Source: Candidatus Sericytochromatia bacterium (GTDB lineage: Bacteria; Cyanobacteriota; Sericytochromatia; S15B-MN24; JAQBPE01). Taken from it: a DNA stretch of 54,892 nucleotides. Positions 50,205 to 54,892 of this stretch are shown in pieces. Within the stretch, counting starts at the first letter, position 1; each line of letters starts with the position of its first letter. The DNA is taken from positions 1-54,892 of the forward strand of contig JAYKHR010000091.1 in assembly GCA_035285125.1 (NCBI GenBank). Reading direction: 5' to 3'. The translations under genes were made by a program, and so were the position numbers. Below the pieces are notes generated by a model. The model ran no database searches and had not been told where the DNA came from. It saw only the letters and a program-made list of their open reading frames with translations.

Positions 50205-50351
50205 AGGGTGCTCCCGTCAGGGGCCGGGATGGGGCCGGCCCACGGGGGAGCTTAGGTCAACGGCGAGGCGGGGGCATCGGCACGTTGCACCACGCCCGAT
50301 GGCAACCTTGCCACTGCACCGCCCAGGACGCTACCAGGCGGTGCCGCGCGG

Positions 50352-50900
50352 TCAGGGCATCCGGTGGTAGCCGAGCCTGTAGGTGAGGGGCACCGGCAGC
50401 TTGGGGCTCGAGACGGTGACGCGCATGTCCATCGCCTGGCCGCCCGGGCGCAACTCGTAGACGTTCACGCGCTTGCCCTCGGCGTTGGTGAAGGCCTCCT
50501 CGAGCCGCCGCTCGGAGCGCCAGGTCATCACGACGTCGTAGACCTGCTTGTCTGCCCGCGTCCACTTGGCGGGCGCGCCGCTGGAGGGGGCCTTGACAGC
50601 ACCGCGGGTGTCCGTCTTCACCGTGGTGTTGTGCTGGTCCTGGGAAATCTCGATGCGGTGGTAAGGCTTGTTGGTGTTCCTCAGGCGGCCCGCCGCGAGG
50701 CCGCGGATCACGAAGTTGACCTTGTCGGCGGCCGTGTTGATGGCGGCCTCCACGTCGTCGCTGTCGCGCGGCTCGTAGACCCACGCGCCGGCGAGGGAGC
50801 CTGCCGCCATCGCGGGCGCGCCGCAGGCGACCAGGGCGGCCTCCAGGCAGGTCGCCGTCAGCGCGAGGGCGACCAGGGAGCGAAGCATCGGGCGTGACAT
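50352..50900 (-). CDS. Secreted hypothetical protein with beta-rich fold
   Basis: AAGGAGG RBS; signal peptide; LAGAW motif followed by alternating beta strands; TATGAT at 50933-50938 upstream. Confidence 0.65.
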   Translation of the reverse strand: MSRPMLRSLVALALTATCLEAALVACGAPAMAAGSLAGAWVYEPRDSDDVEAAINTAADKVNFVIRGLAAGRLRNTNKPYHRIEISQDQHNTTVKTDTRGAVKAPSSGAPAKWTRADKQVYDVVMTWRSERRLEEAFTNAEGKRVNVYELRPGGQAMDMRVTVSSPKLPVPLTYRLGYHRMP

Positions 50901-51046
50901 CAGTTGGGCCTCCTTGTTTGCAGGGCGCCCACATCATAGCGGCGACGGGCTGGTGCGGCCAGGCCCCCTGGCCGGCGCCGCACGGTTGCGAGCCAACCCA
51001 CGTTCGGGTATGAGGTGGGAAGACGGGCTGCAAGAGGACCACGACG

Positions 51047-53584
51047 TTGGGGAGCTGGACCAATCGCCTGAGCGTGTCGCTGCTGCTCGCGTTGAGCACG
51101 GTGGCCTGTCAGGGGGCGCCCGCCACCTCGGGGGCATCGAAGGCGCGCAAGCCGGCCGCGACCAAGCCCGTCCCGGCGGCGCTGGCGGTTTCCGTCGTGC
51201 CCCCGGTGACCAAGGACACCGGCGAGGAGACCGTCCCGGTGCCGCCCGCGCCCCCGCAGGTGGTGCAGCCGCCCGTCACCGTGCCGGCGCCCACCGCCGC
51301 CCCCGGACCGGCCGTTGCCACGACCCCCGCCCCCGCGACCCCGGGGCCCCTGCCAGACGCGGAAACGGCGCTCGCCTCGCGCCTCAGCGGCAAGCTGCTC
51401 TCCATCGCGCAGGTCAGCTTCGCCCAGAACCGAGGCCAGCTGGCCACGTCTCAGGCCGTGCTTGGGGGGACGGCCACCTCCGTCGGCCTGATCGCGAACA
51501 ACGCGGGGGGGCTGAGCGCGAACAACGGCGGGGGGCTGATCGCGACCAACGGCGGTGGGCTGATCGCGAACAACGGCGGGGGCCTCATCGCGAACAACGG
51601 GGGGGGGCTCATCGCGAACAACGGCGGGGGCCTGATCGCGAACAACGGGGGGGGCTACAGGATCTTGCAGGCCCCGACGGCCAGCGACCCCGTGGCCGTC
51701 GAGCCCCTGACGGGTGAGACGACCTTCACCGACCGGCAGTGGACGGACGGCCGGCGTTCGCTTCTCTTCGTGAAAAACGTGGAGAACTCGGACGACGCCT
51801 TCCGGCGGGTCGAGGTCGAGCCTGGGGGCCGGGTGCAAAACGAGCGGCGCTTCGAGACGCTGCTGAAGTGGGAGGGTGGCGCAGTCAAGCGGGCCAAGGA
51901 GGTCCAGCGGGACTATTACCCCAGCGGGCTGCTGCGCTCCTTGCTTGCCTACGACGTGGACAAGACGGCCGAGAACGCGACGACGCGCATCGCCTTTCAC
52001 CCCACGCCGACCAGCTACATCCGCGAACCGGACACCAACGTGTCGCTCGCCATTAAACGCTTCACCGTCGATGCGGGCGCGGGAACGGGCTCGTTCGAGT
52101 ACCTCTACGAGCACCTCGGGGCCACCGAGACGGGCACGCTCACGGACGTGAAGCCTAACGCACTCGGCCAGATCGTGATGACGTATGACGACCCGCTCGG
52201 CTACTACGATGGTGAGTCCACCCTGACGAACAGCAAGGGTGAGGTGGTTTACACCAAGCGGCAGCGACGGGTCGAGGCGAGGCGGGTGCGCGACTACGAC
52301 CTGCAGGGTGGCCTGCGGGCTGAACTCAGCGAGACGAAGGCGGGTGAATGGGAAGGGGAGGTCCGCGAGAACGGCAAGGCCGTGGCCTCCCTCGTGATGT
52401 CCTCGCGGGTGGACGGCTCCGTCGTCTTCCGCCTGACCTTCCCAGGGGTGGCCGACAAGCCCGTGGAGCTTGGCTACGGCGTGACGGATCCGAACGCCCC
52501 GGCTCCGAAGCCGGCCGAGCCCCCCGTGCGACCGATGGTCATCACCGTCGCCGGGGCCCCGACCCCGGGCTACGTGGATGGGCCCGGCGCGACGGCCCGG
52601 TTCCACACCCTGGTCGGCATCGTCACCTCGAAGCGGGACCCTCGCCTGTTCTACCTGGCAGACTTCGGCAACGCGCGCATCCGCACGCTGCGGATCACGG
52701 ACGCGGGCACCTTCGAGTTCGGCACGCTGGCCGGCACGGGGGACCAGGCCAGCGGCGACGGCAATCTCGAGGTGGCCCGCTTTGCTGGTCCTGCCGGCCT
52801 CGCCACGGTCGCCGGGCCCGAGGGGTCCGAGTGGCTCTATGTGTCGGACCAGGTTTCGGGGGCCATCCGCGAGGTGGCCATCGATGCGGCCGGTTCCGGC
52901 ACCGTCACGACCATCGCGGGCACCGGCACGCCTGGCACGCTCGATGGCCCGGGTGCCGTGGCTCAGTTCGACGGCCCGGGTGGGCTGGCCTACGACGCTG
53001 CCGCGAAGCGCCTGCTCGTGGCCGAGGTGCTCGGGAACCGGGTGCGCGCGATCCAGCTCGACGACCCCGCCCACCCTGTGACGACGCTGGTGGGATCGAC
53101 GAAGGGCTATGCCGATGGCCCCGTCTCGTCGGCCCTGCTGGATCGGCCCTTCGCCCTTGCCATCGACGGCGGCCGGCGCTTGTATGTGGCGGACGGCAAC
53201 AACAGACGGCTGCGGCGTCTCGACCTGGGCGACGCCGCCCCGTCGCTGGAGACCGTCGCAGGCAATGGAGAGTTCCTCAAGGGCATGATCGACGGCCCTG
53301 CGGCCACGGCGGGCCTCAACCCGCCCAAGGCACTCGCGATCGACCCCGCGGGGCACGTGCTGACCTCCAACTTCGACCTCCGCGTTTACAGCCCGACGCA
53401 AGGACGCGTGCGGACCCTGGCGGGCGGGCTGCTCACGGGCACGGTGGATGGCAGCGTCGAGGTTGCCCTGTTCAAGATGATCAACGGCATCGTCCCTGCG
53501 CCGGGGGGCACGGTGCTCGTCACGGACGAGCACCGCGTGCGGCTCATTGCCCACCCCGCCGAGGACGGCGTGCTCGTGCCGTGA
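51047..53584 (+). CDS. Large lipoprotein: Pro-rich stalk, LIANNGGG repeats, central beta domain, C-terminal NHL propeller
   Basis: Lipobox TVAC; NHL repeats such as DGPGATARF, YLADFGNARIR, FDGPGGLAYD, YVADGNNRRLRR. Confidence 0.82.
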   Translation: MGSWTNRLSVSLLLALSTVACQGAPATSGASKARKPAATKPVPAALAVSVVPPVTKDTGEETVPVPPAPPQVVQPPVTVPAPTAAPGPAVATTPAPATPGPLPDAETALASRLSGKLLSIAQVSFAQNRGQLATSQAVLGGTATSVGLIANNAGGLSANNGGGLIATNGGGLIANNGGGLIANNGGGLIANNGGGLIANNGGGYRILQAPTASDPVAVEPLTGETTFTDRQWTDGRRSLLFVKNVENSDDAFRRVEVEPGGRVQNERRFETLLKWEGGAVKRAKEVQRDYYPSGLLRSLLAYDVDKTAENATTRIAFHPTPTSYIREPDTNVSLAIKRFTVDAGAGTGSFEYLYEHLGATETGTLTDVKPNALGQIVMTYDDPLGYYDGESTLTNSKGEVVYTKRQRRVEARRVRDYDLQGGLRAELSETKAGEWEGEVRENGKAVASLVMSSRVDGSVVFRLTFPGVADKPVELGYGVTDPNAPAPKPAEPPVRPMVITVAGAPTPGYVDGPGATARFHTLVGIVTSKRDPRLFYLADFGNARIRTLRITDAGTFEFGTLAGTGDQASGDGNLEVARFAGPAGLATVAGPEGSEWLYVSDQVSGAIREVAIDAAGSGTVTTIAGTGTPGTLDGPGAVAQFDGPGGLAYDAAAKRLLVAEVLGNRVRAIQLDDPAHPVTTLVGSTKGYADGPVSSALLDRPFALAIDGGRRLYVADGNNRRLRRLDLGDAAPSLETVAGNGEFLKGMIDGPAATAGLNPPKALAIDPAGHVLTSNFDLRVYSPTQGRVRTLAGGLLTGTVDGSVEVALFKMINGIVPAPGGTVLVTDEHRVRLIAHPAEDGVLVP
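51488..51655 (+). repeat. 7 x 24-bp coding tandem repeat (LIANNGGG)
   Basis: Consensus CTSATCGCGAACAACGGSGGGGGS; LIANNAGG, LSANNGGG, LIATNGGG, then LIANNGGG x4. Confidence 0.95.
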
Positions 53585-53594
53585 GGGCAGGGGG

Positions 53595-54023
53595 ATGACG
53601 ATGGAGTTGCAGGGCGACAGGACGGAACGGCTGGAGGCCATGGCCCGTGGCACGCTGCGAGACACGCTCGGCATCGAGCTGCTCGACCTCGGCCCCGAGC
53701 TGGTGCGCGGTCGCATGCCCGTCACGCGCGCCGTGCACCAGCCCTTCGGCTTGCTTCACGGTGGCGCGTCGGTGGCCCTGGCCGAGACGCTCGCCAGCAT
53801 CGGTGGCTGGTTGAACGTGGATGAGGCCAGCGAGGCGGCCGTGGGGCTCGAGATCAACGCCAACCACCTCCGCCCCGTGCGTGACGGCGCCGTCGTCGGG
53901 GAGGCCCGGCCGCTGCACCGGGGGCGCACGACCCAGGTGTGGGAGGTGAAGATCGCCGACGAGCAGGGCCGGCTGGTGTGCGTGTCGCGCTGCACGCTGG
54001 CGGTGGTGCCGCAGCGGCCCTGA
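53595..54023 (+). CDS. menI: Hotdog-fold PaaI thioesterase, MenI/YdiI-like (possible DHNA-CoA hydrolase)
   Basis: HQPFGLLHGGASVALAETLAS, VGLEINANHLR, GRTTQVW; a MenE-like gene lies nearby. Confidence 0.75.
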   Translation: MTMELQGDRTERLEAMARGTLRDTLGIELLDLGPELVRGRMPVTRAVHQPFGLLHGGASVALAETLASIGGWLNVDEASEAAVGLEINANHLRPVRDGAVVGEARPLHRGRTTQVWEVKIADEQGRLVCVSRCTLAVVPQRP

Positions 54024-54037
54024 GCCGACGCGGGGGC

Positions 54038-54688
54038 TCAGCCTTTGCGCTTGGCCCCGGCCTCATCCTCGCCCATCAGGAACCGCCGCAGCGCCACGAG
54101 CGTCTTGCCGACGTCCTTGAGCATCCCCGGCGAGGCGCCCTCGCGCAGCAGCAGCAGGCCGCCGAGGTCCAGGAAGCGGTTGAACAGTTCCTGGCCGAGC
54201 TCACCCGTGCGGATGAGGGCGTCGAGCTGGCGCGCGGCCGTGCTCGCCGCCTCCGAGCCCGCGGGATCGAGGCCCTCGCGGACGGCCCGCAGCGTCTCGA
54301 TCATCACGCCGAGCTGGTAGGCCTCCCGCTCCCGCAGCACCTTGAGGATGGGGCGGCCGATGTTGGCCTCGGCCGTGTAGAAGTCCTTGCGCTCGCCCGG
54401 GGCCGAGTGCCGGTGGACGACGGCCCAGTGCTGCAACTCGGCGAGCGACATCGAGACGAGGCCTGCCGAGACACCGAGGGCCGCCTGGATGTCTTTCGTG
54501 GTGACGGCGGTGCCCTGGAGGTACATGTACATCCAGATCATCCCGTGGACCCGCTTGAAGCCCCACAGCTCCACGACCTGGCCCACGGCTTCGCAGGCCC
54601 GGTAGAGCGCAGGATCGAGGGGGGGCAGCGCGGGATCCAGCTTGGTTCCTCCGGCGGCACGGGCGGATGCGTACGTGTAGGTCATCAT
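54038..54688 (-). CDS. GbsR/MarR-type winged-helix regulator
   Basis: WGFKRVHGMIW...LGVSAGLVSMSLAELQHW...GERKDFYTAE. Confidence 0.8.
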   Translation of the reverse strand: MMTYTYASARAAGGTKLDPALPPLDPALYRACEAVGQVVELWGFKRVHGMIWMYMYLQGTAVTTKDIQAALGVSAGLVSMSLAELQHWAVVHRHSAPGERKDFYTAEANIGRPILKVLREREAYQLGVMIETLRAVREGLDPAGSEAASTAARQLDALIRTGELGQELFNRFLDLGGLLLLREGASPGMLKDVGKTLVALRRFLMGEDEAGAKRKG

Positions 54689-54891
54689 ACCCCCCCTTCA
54701 GGGAGGTGCGCGCGCAGGGCGACGCGGTCCACCTTCCCATTGCCCAGCCTGGGCAGCGCGGCCAACGCCACCAGGCGCCTCGGATGCTTGTAGCCGGCGA
54801 GCCGGGTCGCCAGGTCGGTGCGCAGGGCCTCCAGCGACAGCGAGGCCACGACGTCCCGGAGCACGACGCAGGCGACGACGCGTTGCCCCCA
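54685..54891 (-). CDS. menE: C-terminus of an AMP-dependent acyl-CoA ligase, probably o-succinylbenzoate-CoA ligase (partial)
   Basis: Manual translation WGQRVVACVV...LAGYKHPRRLVALAALPRLGNGKVDRVAL...GGV*; stop overlaps the regulator ATG (ATGA). Confidence 0.65.
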   Translation of the reverse strand, partial: WGQRVVACVVLRDVVASLSLEALRTDLATRLAGYKHPRRLVALAALPRLGNGKVDRVALRAHLPEGGV

Positions 54892-54892
54892 G

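Noticed and set aside
51488..51655. 24-bp repeat array as a possible CRISPR
   Set aside because: Units are contiguous with no unique spacers, lie in frame within a CDS with synonymous variation, and there are no cas genes.

Overview
High-GC bacterial chromosomal window with no mobile elements or CRISPR arrays. The lineage cannot be proven from the sequence; lipoproteins with LIANNGGG-type repeats are reminiscent of non-photosynthetic Cyanobacteria relatives such as Sericytochromatia (inference). The centrepiece (about 8.1-33.9 kb) is a myxobacterial-type iterative PUFA synthase: pfaD/pfa1 (ER), pfaA/pfa2 (KS-MAT-3xACP-KR-DH) and pfa3 (KS-CLF-AT-multiple DH-C-terminal acylglycerol-phosphate acyltransferase). 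It overlaps directly with pssA and cdsA and is flanked by plsC, psd, a PmtA-type phospholipid N-methyltransferase and three lipid-hydrolase-like genes. Together these look like a route from malonyl-CoA to PUFA-bearing PA, CDP-DAG, PS, PE and methyl-PE/PC. Left of the cluster are tRNA-Val(GAC), a kinase/STAS/GGDEF-HD-GYP signalling trio and three surface lipoproteins. Right of it are pepF, an NHL lipoprotein, msrA, an Irr/PerR-like regulator with a clear operator followed by trxB-ahpC, sucAB-lpdA, fadD, a Wzx-type flippase, a second NHL lipoprotein with a 24-bp tandem repeat, a MenI-like thioesterase, a GbsR-type regulator and the end of a MenE-like ligase. All calls rest on motifs read by eye; no database searches were run.
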